NCBI GenBank assembly: GCA_030611085.1
Contig: JAUWQI010000001.1
Span: forward strand, 32,390-96,389
DNA: 64,000 nt
Source: Dehalococcoidia bacterium
GTDB taxonomy: Bacteria; Chloroflexota; Dehalococcoidia; GIF9; AB-539-J10
Direction: 5' to 3'
Part shown: piece after piece, positions 19,602-27,286 of the stretch
Numbering within the stretch: the first letter of the stretch is position 1
Layout: the number at the start of each line of letters is the position of its first letter
Notes under the pieces: generated by a model
Told to the model about the DNA's origin: nothing
The model's input: only the letters and a program-made list of their open reading frames with translations
The model's database searches: none
Translations under genes and position numbers: made by a program

Positions 19602-21176
19602 TTAAATTTTCAAAATGATAATTACCAATAGAGCTGTAATTACTACTACGGCGATAGCCCATGCTGCGTGGTTATTATTATTGCTCTTCACATTAAATTC
19701 CATCTCACCGCGTTCGATTTTGTTCATTATTGCTGTTGCCTGCCTCGGCAAATCCTTGATGAAATCAACAGCCTCGGCAGCGGAGTCCGCTAAATCGAGC
19801 AGAAAGTCCTTGGGCTCGGTTAAGCCCAATACATCTGCTTTGTTTCTCAATCTCTTGCGCCCGAGTCGCTTAAGATGGGGGTCGAACATATCGTATACAT
19901 TAAAGCCAGGATATAGCTGGTTTGCCAGTATCTCCACATAGAGGTAGGTTTTAAACACCAACACCATGTGCCTTGGCAGCCTGACTCCATATCCAAAAAC
20001 GGTCTTAGTGAGGTCATCCATAATATGGCCCACTCCCCTTTGCCCCAGGGGCATCTTGCCGTCTACAAAGTGGCGATCGATAAATGTGCCCATCTCCAAT
20101 TCTAGCTTCTCAACATCTACCTCATCTCTTTCTCCGGTATGCATCCTCATAAGCTCCTTCGTCAGCCTAATCGGGTCGTTGGAGTCGAAAGCCAGTATCA
20201 AGTCTCCCAGCATGTCCAACTGCTTATCTTCTATGCGCTCTATCATGCCGAAGTCCAGGACTGCAATGACATTGTCTTCCAGCACATATAAATTCCCCGG
20301 GTGGGGGTCAGCCTGCAGAAAGCCATCCTCGTGTATCATTTTCAGATAAGCCCTGGTCACATTCAGGGCTATTTCATATTTATCCAACCCTGCTCTGTCC
20401 ATAGCCTTAAAGTCATTTATCCTGATGCCCTCTATGAGTTCCTCGACTAGCACCCTCTTGGAGGTGTAATCCCAGTATACCTTGGGTATATACACTGTAT
20501 CATCATTCTTGAAGTTTTTGGCTATTTTGTCGGCATTGCGTCCCTCCAGAATATAATCTATCTCCCTCCTCAGTGAAGTGCCAAAGGCATCAACTATATC
20601 TGGCAGATGACTGCTTCTAATTCTAGGGAATAACTTATCAATAAGGAGGGCGAGGAAATCCAGGAGCGACAAGTCGACTTCAATTATGCTCTCTATATCA
20701 GGACGCTGAATCTTCACTGCCACCTTTTTCCGCCTGCTTCTTCCCTGCCTCAGCACCGCCTTATGCACCTGCCCCAGGGATGCGGCTGCAAGTGGCTCCT
20801 TATCAAATGAGACAAACAATTCCTCTACGGGGGCTGCCAACTCTTCCTCGATGATGTCCTCCACATCCTTATAGCTGAAGGGAGGTACTTGCTCCTGTAG
20901 CTTCTCCATCTCTTTCTTCAGCGCTTCAGGACACTCGGCCCTGGTGCTCAGAATTTGACCAAATTTGATAAAAGTGGGTCCCAGTTCCTCTATTAAACGC
21001 CGAACTAGCGCTCCAATGCCACCGCGGCTGCCCACCCGATTTCGGCGTTTGCCCCATATCTTGCTGAGTAAGACGCGAAATAGAAACTTTATCATTATGC
21101 CAATTATCCCGAGGAATCGGCGCAGCGTTACAAACCTTCGATATGTGTTGCTGAGTTCCCAAAGTGCTTTGTTCAT
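19602..21176 (-). CDS. ABC1/AarF/UbiB atypical kinase
   Basis: FIKFGQILSTR, AAASLGQVH, VAVKIQRP, ADPHPGN, DFGM; C-terminal TM helix. Confidence 0.93.
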   Translation of the reverse strand: MNKALWELSNTYRRFVTLRRFLGIIGIMIKFLFRVLLSKIWGKRRNRVGSRGGIGALVRRLIEELGPTFIKFGQILSTRAECPEALKKEMEKLQEQVPPFSYKDVEDIIEEELAAPVEELFVSFDKEPLAAASLGQVHKAVLRQGRSRRKKVAVKIQRPDIESIIEVDLSLLDFLALLIDKLFPRIRSSHLPDIVDAFGTSLRREIDYILEGRNADKIAKNFKNDDTVYIPKVYWDYTSKRVLVEELIEGIRINDFKAMDRAGLDKYEIALNVTRAYLKMIHEDGFLQADPHPGNLYVLEDNVIAVLDFGMIERIEDKQLDMLGDLILAFDSNDPIRLTKELMRMHTGERDEVDVEKLELEMGTFIDRHFVDGKMPLGQRGVGHIMDDLTKTVFGYGVRLPRHMVLVFKTYLYVEILANQLYPGFNVYDMFDPHLKRLGRKRLRNKADVLGLTEPKDFLLDLADSAAEAVDFIKDLPRQATAIMNKIERGEMEFNVKSNNNNHAAWAIAVVVITALLVIIILKI

Positions 21177-21207
21177 CGCCTTTTCATCTCGTCTGCTCTT
21201 AAATTAA

Positions 21208-21241
21208 AAGTTGCCCCCAACACAAAAGCAGGGGGCAACTT
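21208..21241 (-). terminator. Intrinsic terminator between the phasin-like gene and the kinase
   Basis: AAGTTGCCCCC/GGGGGCAACTT 11-bp stem followed by a U-rich tract on the minus strand. Confidence 0.7.
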
Positions 21242-21372
21242 CCAAGAGCTTGCTATATTTGGCACCATCGCCAACCGCAACCATAAGCCGTTTACACCAA
21301 GAAACCGCTCTTCATTGTTTTCACAGGCACCTGGTGCAATACCCGGCTTCCATTAGCTACTTTCTTTAGACT

Positions 21373-21768
21373 TTACTTGATTTTGGCAATTAACTCTTCG
21401 GCCTCATCTAAGACCTTCCTAGCCCTTGCAATAGCCTCCTCTGTTCCTTCTACAGATTTGGCCTTGATTTTGGCGCCAGCATCGGTTAGCTCTTGCTCTA
21501 TCGATGCCACTGCCTTTCTAGCTTTGCTTAGGTGCTCCTTAGCCGGGACCCTTGTCTCTTCAGGCTCCTTTTCTGCTTTCGTCTCTGCTTCTGCTAGCGC
21601 CTCTTTTACTCTAGCCATAGATCTCATAGCTTCATCTAGTGCCTTATCGCTTGCTTCTATAGTCCCCTTTTTGAGCAGGCCCACTATTTCGCCAGCCCCG
21701 ACTCTGGTTTCCTCTAGCCCCTTCCTTATCCTCGTTATCGCTTCTCCTAGTTCTTTACCAATCTCCAT
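21373..21768 (-). CDS. All-helical amphipathic protein (phasin/apolipoprotein-like)
   Basis: A/E/K-rich, no aromatic residues, internal repeat (EETRV twice); AAAGGAGG RBS; lies next to an ABC1 kinase. Confidence 0.65.
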   Translation of the reverse strand: MEIGKELGEAITRIRKGLEETRVGAGEIVGLLKKGTIEASDKALDEAMRSMARVKEALAEAETKAEKEPEETRVPAKEHLSKARKAVASIEQELTDAGAKIKAKSVEGTEEAIARARKVLDEAEELIAKIK

Positions 21769-21867
21769 TTCTCCTCCTTTAACGTTTGCTCTTACATTAG
21801 AAAACGCCAGGGCAATAAACTTGCCCGCTAAAAATTTCTCGCCACTGAGTTTTGCTTATTGGTTACA

Positions 21868-22053
21868 TCATTTTGCTACACTCTTATGAGTTACCTCGCG
21901 CTCTAAGGCAAAAAGAGCAAGCCTCATGATGTCGACTTCAACACCACACTGCGGACAGTCTTCGGTCATCGAACCTCTTATCGGGGTTTCATCGGTATCA
22001 ACCTCAGTAGTAATCGCCCCCCCACAATATGGGCACTCTATCTCAAGCTTCAC
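21868..22053 (-). CDS. CPxCG zinc-ribbon protein
   Basis: CPYCG...EDCPQCG; AAGGAGG upstream of GTG. Confidence 0.75.
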   Translation of the reverse strand: MKLEIECPYCGGAITTEVDTDETPIRGSMTEDCPQCGVEVDIMRLALFALEREVTHKSVAK

Positions 22054-22064
22054 AATATGCCTCC

Positions 22065-22319
22065 TTATGATTTGGCTATTAGCTTCCCATCGCAGTATAT
22101 GTCTATTTTTAGACCTGAGAGCCCTCGACCAAATTTCACTCTCATCTCATGCTTTTCTTGCTCGCCTAGGGTGAATCTCTGCGTCTCACTAAACGAAGTA
22201 ACTGCCCACTTATCTATGATGTCATCTCCGTCAACCGTTACCTTCCTCCTGCCCAGCAAGCCTTGCTCTGCCTCAACCTCATGCCTTTCTGTATCCCCTA
22301 CTGTAGTTCTAAGTTTCAT
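22065..22319 (-). CDS. Small beta-rich hypothetical protein
   Basis: AAGGAGG RBS; twofold beta repeat (VTVDGDDI / IYCDGKLI). Confidence 0.75.
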   Translation of the reverse strand: MKLRTTVGDTERHEVEAEQGLLGRRKVTVDGDDIIDKWAVTSFSETQRFTLGEQEKHEMRVKFGRGLSGLKIDIYCDGKLIAKS

Positions 22320-22344
22320 CTCACCCTCCTTTCTTATACTTTAT

Positions 22345-22797
22345 TTACCCCAGTTTCCATACTGCCTTGAAGGTCATATCCACCATATCTTCTGGAATGG
22401 CGACATGTGCTATCCCTTCGAAGTCAAGGGTAGTGTTTCCATGTTCCATCTGATTTATTATCATCTTGGCGAGGTCACCACTCAGGGGAGTTTTGACCTC
22501 CGACTTAGCATACTCCGCTGTATGCGATGGGATATAAACCTCCTCATCAACATATCCTTCGCCGACTTTCGCGTTGCCCTCTCGGAAATATATCCTGTAT
22601 TTAGCTCGCTGCACCATCACAGGAAACTCGTTGGGGTTGAAGATGTGGAACACTATTTCCAGGGTCAGCAGTCGCTCCCGAAGACCGAGACTAGCAAATT
22701 TAGCCCCACGCCCACGAATAGCAAACCTTAATTGTTTAACCTCGTCCTTATCCTCTTTGTCTCTCACTCTTTCCAGCATCTCCACACTAGACTTCAC
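22345..22797 (-). CDS. LEA type 2 / WHy-domain protein
   Basis: IFNPNEFPV motif (NPN), KVGEG, beta-rich. Confidence 0.75.
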   Translation of the reverse strand: MKSSVEMLERVRDKEDKDEVKQLRFAIRGRGAKFASLGLRERLLTLEIVFHIFNPNEFPVMVQRAKYRIYFREGNAKVGEGYVDEEVYIPSHTAEYAKSEVKTPLSGDLAKMIINQMEHGNTTLDFEGIAHVAIPEDMVDMTFKAVWKLG

Positions 22798-22844
22798 CCT
22801 TTCAGGTCAAATTTAGCCATTAGTCAGACAGCGATAAGAATATT

Positions 22845-23048
22845 TTAGATGTTTAGTAGGAATGGAGATGAATCCCCTTCTAGAGCTTCGAAATTTATCT
22901 CTATATTGCCGATTAGCCGAGGGGTCTGCCCCACAAATTCGAGCTCTATGTCATCTATGTCTATAACGAAATTTCTCTCCCACAATCTGGCTCTAGCTTC
23001 GCCCTCTTCTCCAGAGGTGAGAGCTAATCCTACTTTTTCCTCTGACAT
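22845..23048 (-). CDS. Small helix+beta-hairpin paralogue 5
   Basis: NFVIDIDDIELEFVGQTPRLIGNIEINF aligns with the other paralogues; GAGGTG 6 nt before ATG 23048. Confidence 0.7.
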   Translation of the reverse strand: MSEEKVGLALTSGEEGEARARLWERNFVIDIDDIELEFVGQTPRLIGNIEINFEALEGDSSPFLLNI

Positions 23049-23058
23049 TGCCATCACC

Positions 23059-23241
23059 TCACTCTCTCTCAATTTTTCTCATTGGCTCCATATGGAACTT
23101 AATCTTTCCCATCAAGTCAAGCGACTTCCCAAAAAATTTACGACCCACTTCCTCCATATCCAGCTCCTCAGTCGTTCCCTCATCAACAGCCCTGTTTAAG
23201 TAGTCAAATACCGACTGCCGACCTCTCTGCCCCCTTTTCAT
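23059..23241 (-). CDS. Small helix+beta-hairpin paralogue 4
   Basis: VFDYLNRAVDEGTTEELDMEEVGRKFFGKSLDLMGKI aligns with paralogue 3; GGGAGGT RBS before ATG 23241. Confidence 0.8.
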   Translation of the reverse strand: MKRGQRGRQSVFDYLNRAVDEGTTEELDMEEVGRKFFGKSLDLMGKIKFHMEPMRKIERE

Positions 23242-23326
23242 TGCTTTACCTCCCGCGCCATAGCAGGCTGAGTCCCGGGGCACAGCCTGCTATGGATTTA
23301 ATTTTCAAGGCATGCCGCCTTAGTGT

Positions 23327-23503
23327 TTACTTGGGTTTCTTTAAGGTTCCCAGGCTGATGTTTACCTTCCCCAACAACTTGAGGGAGCGTCCAAAGAGCT
23401 TGCCGCCAACATCTTCCATATCAATGTTGAGGTCGGTTTCCTTATCGGTAATCTTGTCTACCAGGTCAAGGACTGGTCCCTGTTCTTTGTCTACTTCTGC
23501 CAT
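23327..23503 (-). CDS. Small helix+beta-hairpin paralogue 3, 58 aa, not in the ORF track
   Basis: MAEVDKEQGPVLDLVDKITDKETDLNIDMEDVGGKLFGRSLKLLGKVNISLGTLKKPK; AAGGAGG RBS; 50/58 identical to the C-terminus of 23605-24024. Confidence 0.9.
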   Translation of the reverse strand: MAEVDKEQGPVLDLVDKITDKETDLNIDMEDVGGKLFGRSLKLLGKVNISLGTLKKPK

Positions 23504-23604
23504 TGTTCTTACCCTCCTTATAAATTTTCTATAATTTGCAAGCTATGCCCCCGGGACGCGGCTTACTATAGGGGTTAATCTTCAATGTAACTTTCTCTCA
23601 GTAT

Positions 23605-24024
23605 TTACTTGGACTTCTTCAAGGTTCCCAGGTCAATGTTTACCTTCCCCAGCAATCTTAAGGAACGCCCAAAGAGTTTGCCACCGACATCTTCAATATT
23701 GATGTTCAGGCTGGTCTCCTTATCGGTAATCTTGTCTATCAGGTCGAGCACTGGTCCTTGCTCTTTTTCTACTTCTGCCATTGTTATTACCTCCTCTGGT
23801 ATTTTTTCTATTTCCACTGCTTCTTCTACCGCTGGTACTTCCTCTATCAGCTTCTTCGCTGCTGCTATAAATGTGCCGCCTCTATCTCCGACTATCCCTT
23901 CGAGCTCCTCAGGGCTGGCTACTGCTACAGCCTCGACCGTCATATACCCGGCTGCAGCCAGTTTTTTTGCCGTTGTCGGACCGACCCCGGCAACCTTCTG
24001 TAGTTCCTCTTCAGTGTCAATCAT
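23605..24024 (-). CDS. RadA/Rad51-type HhH domain fused to paralogue 2 (internal start at 23781)
   Basis: GVGPTTAKKLAAAGYMTVEAVAVASPEEL; last 58 aa match 23327-23503. Confidence 0.85.
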   Translation of the reverse strand: MIDTEEELQKVAGVGPTTAKKLAAAGYMTVEAVAVASPEELEGIVGDRGGTFIAAAKKLIEEVPAVEEAVEIEKIPEEVITMAEVEKEQGPVLDLIDKITDKETSLNINIEDVGGKLFGRSLRLLGKVNIDLGTLKKSK

Positions 24025-24398
24025 CTTAGCATTACCTCCTTTCTAAATATATTTTAGAGAATTAAACCTCGTGCCTTCTGAAGCCATTCCACAGGCTTTT
24101 TGAAGACACTAGCCACTTAATTGACTAGAGCACTGATTGTGCTGAGACATTCTCCTCTAATAGTTCAGAGGAGAATACATCCGAAATGCTGAAAACCCTG
24201 CCTTTGGTATTAAGAGACCTGGGGATACCGACTTACAGACCTTCAGCATTTGCTTAGAGCTGGCTAATGGTGCCAGCGAAAAGAGCAATACCTGTTCTAT
24301 AGGCATTGCTGATAATGAGTGATAAGGATTGTTCTTCACTTCCTTAATCACTGTGCTAAAAATTGCTTTCATCTTCACCCTTTTCTCTCTTCCCTTTC

Positions 24399-24590
24399 TC
24401 ACCTCTGCCTTTTCCTCTTTTTCTTCCCCCATCCTACCTTTAATCCATCTGCGCCAAACTTGCCATCTAAGCGGATAATTGTTCTATCAGTAAAAGGAAA
24501 CTTAATTTCCATATTATCGAAGTCTATAGACAAATTACATTCTCTATCTTCAATCTTTTTCTTTAGGTCGTCTAAAAATCCTTCACCCAT
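24399..24590 (-). CDS. Small helix+beta-hairpin paralogue 1 (divergent)
   Basis: FLDDLKKKIEDRECNLSIDFDNMEIKFPF...IRLDGKF has the same pattern; GGGGAGG RBS. Confidence 0.7.
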   Translation of the reverse strand: MGEGFLDDLKKKIEDRECNLSIDFDNMEIKFPFTDRTIIRLDGKFGADGLKVGWGKKKRKRQR

Positions 24591-24678
24591 GTTTAGTCTT
24601 CCTCCCCAATGGACTTTAAATTATATGGCGCATCCAACATCATATACGCGTTTTACTTGTGGGGTTTTCACCCCCACC

Positions 24679-25134
24679 TTACCTCTCTCCCTTCAAAGGA
24701 GAGGAATTCAAGCCTCGCAATGACATCGATTTAATCCTTTTATCATTTCTATGTGGCAGCTCAGTCTCCCCATAGCGGCATAGCGAGGCCCTAATCTGAG
24801 CTGCTAGCTCGTCATAATTTGTGGGTAACTGCATGTAATAATCCCAGTCCGTAGGGACTTCCGAGTTTGGGGAATAAACTTCCCCCTCCGATTTAGTACC
24901 CAAAAGGATGAGAGGAAGATTAAATAAACGGTGTATTTGCCAACAGAGAGTGAAGCCATCTAGCCCGGGAGGGCTATCCCTGACAACAACTGCGTCAGGG
25001 GTAGCCTTATCCACTATTTTAAACCCCGCTAATTCGGATGAGGCTACCATCACCTCAAAGCCAGACCCGGTAAGAGCTGAAGCTATCTTCTTTGCCGAGG
25101 CAAGGTCGCTGTCGATAACAAGAACACTATTCAT
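24679..25134 (-). CDS. Atypical receiver-domain protein; C-terminus formed by repeat DNA
   Basis: VLVIDSD, PGLDGF, LPLILL; no output domain; tail SLRGLNSSPLKGER read from family-A and family-D repeats. Confidence 0.7.
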   Translation of the reverse strand: MNSVLVIDSDLASAKKIASALTGSGFEVMVASSELAGFKIVDKATPDAVVVRDSPPGLDGFTLCWQIHRLFNLPLILLGTKSEGEVYSPNSEVPTDWDYYMQLPTNYDELAAQIRASLCRYGETELPHRNDKRIKSMSLRGLNSSPLKGER

Positions 25135-25273
25135 TTCACCCCTTTAGGACTTTGCTACAAACATAAGCTCTTTCAGCTAATATCTTAATGAGAGCTTGCT
25201 ACCCTTATTTAAGAATATACTAAATAATATTTTAGTTTGCCTTCGCGAGGGTGCTAATGTTCGGTCGCTCTCA

Positions 25274-25442
25274 TGTCACCCTGAGCCCTTCGCTTCATGT
25301 CATTCTGAAGAAGCGGAGCGACTGAAGAATCTCCTCTTCAGTTCCTTCCTATCGTCAGGACTTAGAGCTTCGGCTTACCAAGACAGGCTTCGCGAAGGAT
25401 CTAAAAAGGACAAAGAGATTCTTCGCTCCACTCAGAATGACA
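25274..25442. repeat. Composite family-A element
   Basis: TGTCACCCTGAGCCCTTCGCTTCATGTCATTCTGAAG...GAAGAATCT...AGATTCTTCGCTCCACTCAGAATGACA; shares blocks with the recG insertion. Confidence 0.9.
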
Positions 25443-25683
25443 GAGAAAGGTGAATGGTTGCCTGTGCCCCCGAGTGGTTCAAAGCAGGCTTGCTTTCGCT
25501 AGCACGAAGGTGCCTACCACGCGGGGGCGCTTTATGCCCCCCGCCTTTTCAGCCAAGTCAAAGCAAAACTATGCTTTGGTACTCATACCAATAAGCTATT
25601 GACAAAAATATTATTTAGCTGCCTGTTGCTCCGATAGGGCTCCGAGGATAGGCGAGTAAAATTGCGTCTAAGGAGGAAAAATC

Positions 25684-26670
25684 ATGCAACAGGAGCTAAA
25701 TAGATTTCTTCACTATCTTGAGGTTGAGAAGGGATATTCCCAAGGCACTATCGAGGCATATCGGCTTGATATAGGAAAAGGGCTATTCCCATTCCTGCAT
25801 GAGATTGAGATTGCCACGCCTTCGGCTCGCAATGACAGGGTAGAAGAGGTCACGAAGGATGACATCCGAGCATATTTGGACTATCTAGCTGTTGAAAGGG
25901 CTAACTCCGGTGTTACCAGAGCACGCAAGCTAGCAGCAATAAAGTCATTCTTCAATTACTTGGTGGAAAATGAAGGGCTTGAAGCAAACCCGGCAGCTTC
26001 GGTAAAGAGTCCCAAGATACCTGAAAAGGAGCCGGTGTATCTGAGTGAGGAAGAGTGCCTTCGTTTTTTACAGATAATAGCCCAAAAAGCCAGACCACAG
26101 GTTAGAGAGCGGGATATGGCAATAGCTATGCTCTTGCTTCATACTGGGCTAAGGGTATCGGAGCTAACAAATCTGAAATTTTCTAATGTTGATCTTGAGA
26201 GAAGTCAGATAAAAATAACCAGGAAAGGGAGTAAAGAACAATATCTTCACCTGAATGGTGAAGCAGTAAGCGTATTGGTAAATTACCTTCATAGCTATCC
26301 ATATGACAGGAGATTGCCACGCTTCGCTCGCAATGACAGGGGGGAGATGGCTCGCAATGACGGAGGACTTTTGCCACAGGCTCAAAACGGCAGGTTTTTT
26401 GTAGGAACCAAAGGTCAAAATCTGAACCGCACTTATGTTTATAGTGTGGTGCGAAGATACTTAGAACTGGCGGGTATCAATAAAGATAAGCAGGGACCTC
26501 ACCTCTTGAGACATACCTTCTGCACCAGGCTACATCAGAAGGGAGTCTCACCCTTCGTGATAAAGGAACTCGCTGGTCACAAAAGCCTTAATACAACCAT
26601 GAGATATATCAAAATAGAAAATAAGGAGCAGTCTGAAGCCCTTGATAGACTGGAGTTTGGTATTCTTTAA
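25684..26670 (+). CDS. Tyrosine recombinase (XerC/D-like)
   Basis: TGLRVSEL, RKGSKE, HLLRHTF, LAGH...TTMRY catalytic set; AAGGAGG RBS; two in-frame repeat insertions. Confidence 0.93.
   Translation: MQQELNRFLHYLEVEKGYSQGTIEAYRLDIGKGLFPFLHEIEIATPSARNDRVEEVTKDDIRAYLDYLAVERANSGVTRARKLAAIKSFFNYLVENEGLEANPAASVKSPKIPEKEPVYLSEEECLRFLQIIAQKARPQVRERDMAIAMLLLHTGLRVSELTNLKFSNVDLERSQIKITRKGSKEQYLHLNGEAVSVLVNYLHSYPYDRRLPRFARNDRGEMARNDGGLLPQAQNGRFFVGTKGQNLNRTYVYSVVRRYLELAGINKDKQGPHLLRHTFCTRLHQKGVSPFVIKELAGHKSLNTTMRYIKIENKEQSEALDRLEFGIL
26585..26653. repeat. 69-bp direct repeat copy 1 (3' part of the recombinase gene)
   Basis: 68/69 identical to 27634-27702. Confidence 0.95.
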
Positions 26671-26702
26671 GAAATCTTAGCTAGTTAGACAATTTCGGTA
26701 AG

Positions 26703-26878
26703 GTCGCTTCGCTTAGGGCTTTTCACCCTCGCAATGACAAAGGGGGAAGGCTCACAATGACACTTTTGAGGGCTGAGGGAGTCCTCTCCCTCAGCATGAA
26801 GGAACAGATTCCTTCATGCCTCAGATTGCCATGCCTTCGGCACGCAACTGCACTCAGGGCTTCGGCTCAGGGTGACAT
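26703..26878. repeat. Cluster of family-A half elements and hairpins
   Basis: CTCGCAATGACA, CTCACAATGACA, AGATTGCCATGCCTTCGG, CTCAGGGTGACA. Confidence 0.8.
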
Positions 26879-26984
26879 AGAGAACATTTTTTCTATTTTA
26901 CCACTAAATATGCTCAAAAAGAATATTCGAATGAGTTAAACTAGAGGACATTTCTAAAGGGTCTTGGCACCTCTACTAATAGAC

Positions 26985-27026
26985 TTGACAATTATGGTGG
27001 ACAGCTGTATCATCATTGTAGATACA
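26985..27026 (+). promoter_or_regulatory. mazEF sigma70 promoter with palindromic operator
   Basis: TTGACA-17nt-TATCAT; TGTATC...GATACA inverted repeat overlapping the -10. Confidence 0.7.
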
Positions 27027-27043
27027 TATATGGAGGTACTCCA

Positions 27044-27286
27044 ATGCAAAGACGCATCCAAAAGTGGGGAAACAGCCTGGCGCTGCGTATCCCGAAGCCA
27101 TTTGCCCAAGAAATAGGTCTCGACCGTAATGTGCCGGTTAATGTGTCGCTGGAAGACGGGAGACTCATTGTGGTACCTGTCGCTGTGACCTCCATGACTC
27201 TCGAACGGCTATTGGAGCAGATCACAGAGGACAATATCCATCGCGAAGCTGATACAGGTCTGGCAATCGGTGAGGAGGTATGGTAA
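27044..27286 (+). CDS. mazE: MazE antitoxin (AbrB fold)
   Basis: IQKWGNSLALRIPK, LERLL..IT..N.H, GEEVW. Confidence 0.93.
   Translation: MQRRIQKWGNSLALRIPKPFAQEIGLDRNVPVNVSLEDGRLIVVPVAVTSMTLERLLEQITEDNIHREADTGLAIGEEVW

Noticed and set aside
21240-21370. SAM-I or fluoride riboswitch
   Set aside because: Only fragments match (AAGAGCGG, GGTGCCAAAT, GGCGATGG); core conserved elements are missing
21377-24046. Plus-strand ORFs 21377-21889, 22057-22731, 23241-23534 and 23609-24046
   Set aside because: Antisense shadows of minus-strand genes that have clear RBSs; Ser/Leu-rich composition
24157-24432. 91-aa ORF within the island
   Set aside because: Overlaps paralogue 1 and has no recognisable motif; may be a frameshifted tail or spurious
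22845-24590. Canonical gas-vesicle cluster
   Set aside because: No recognisable gvpN, gvpF/L, gvpK, gvpG or gvpO, and the small proteins lack the full LDKG and ASV signatures; kept only as a remote-fold hypothesis
25196-25453. ORF of 85 aa (likewise 3307-3528, 26757-26939, 35973-36173, 50227-50433)
   Set aside because: Largely translations of family-A repeat DNA with no independent coding evidence
25466-25530. tRNA or tRNA fragment as integration site
   Set aside because: CCGAGTGGTT resembles a D-arm, but there is no T-loop (GTTCRA) or cloverleaf
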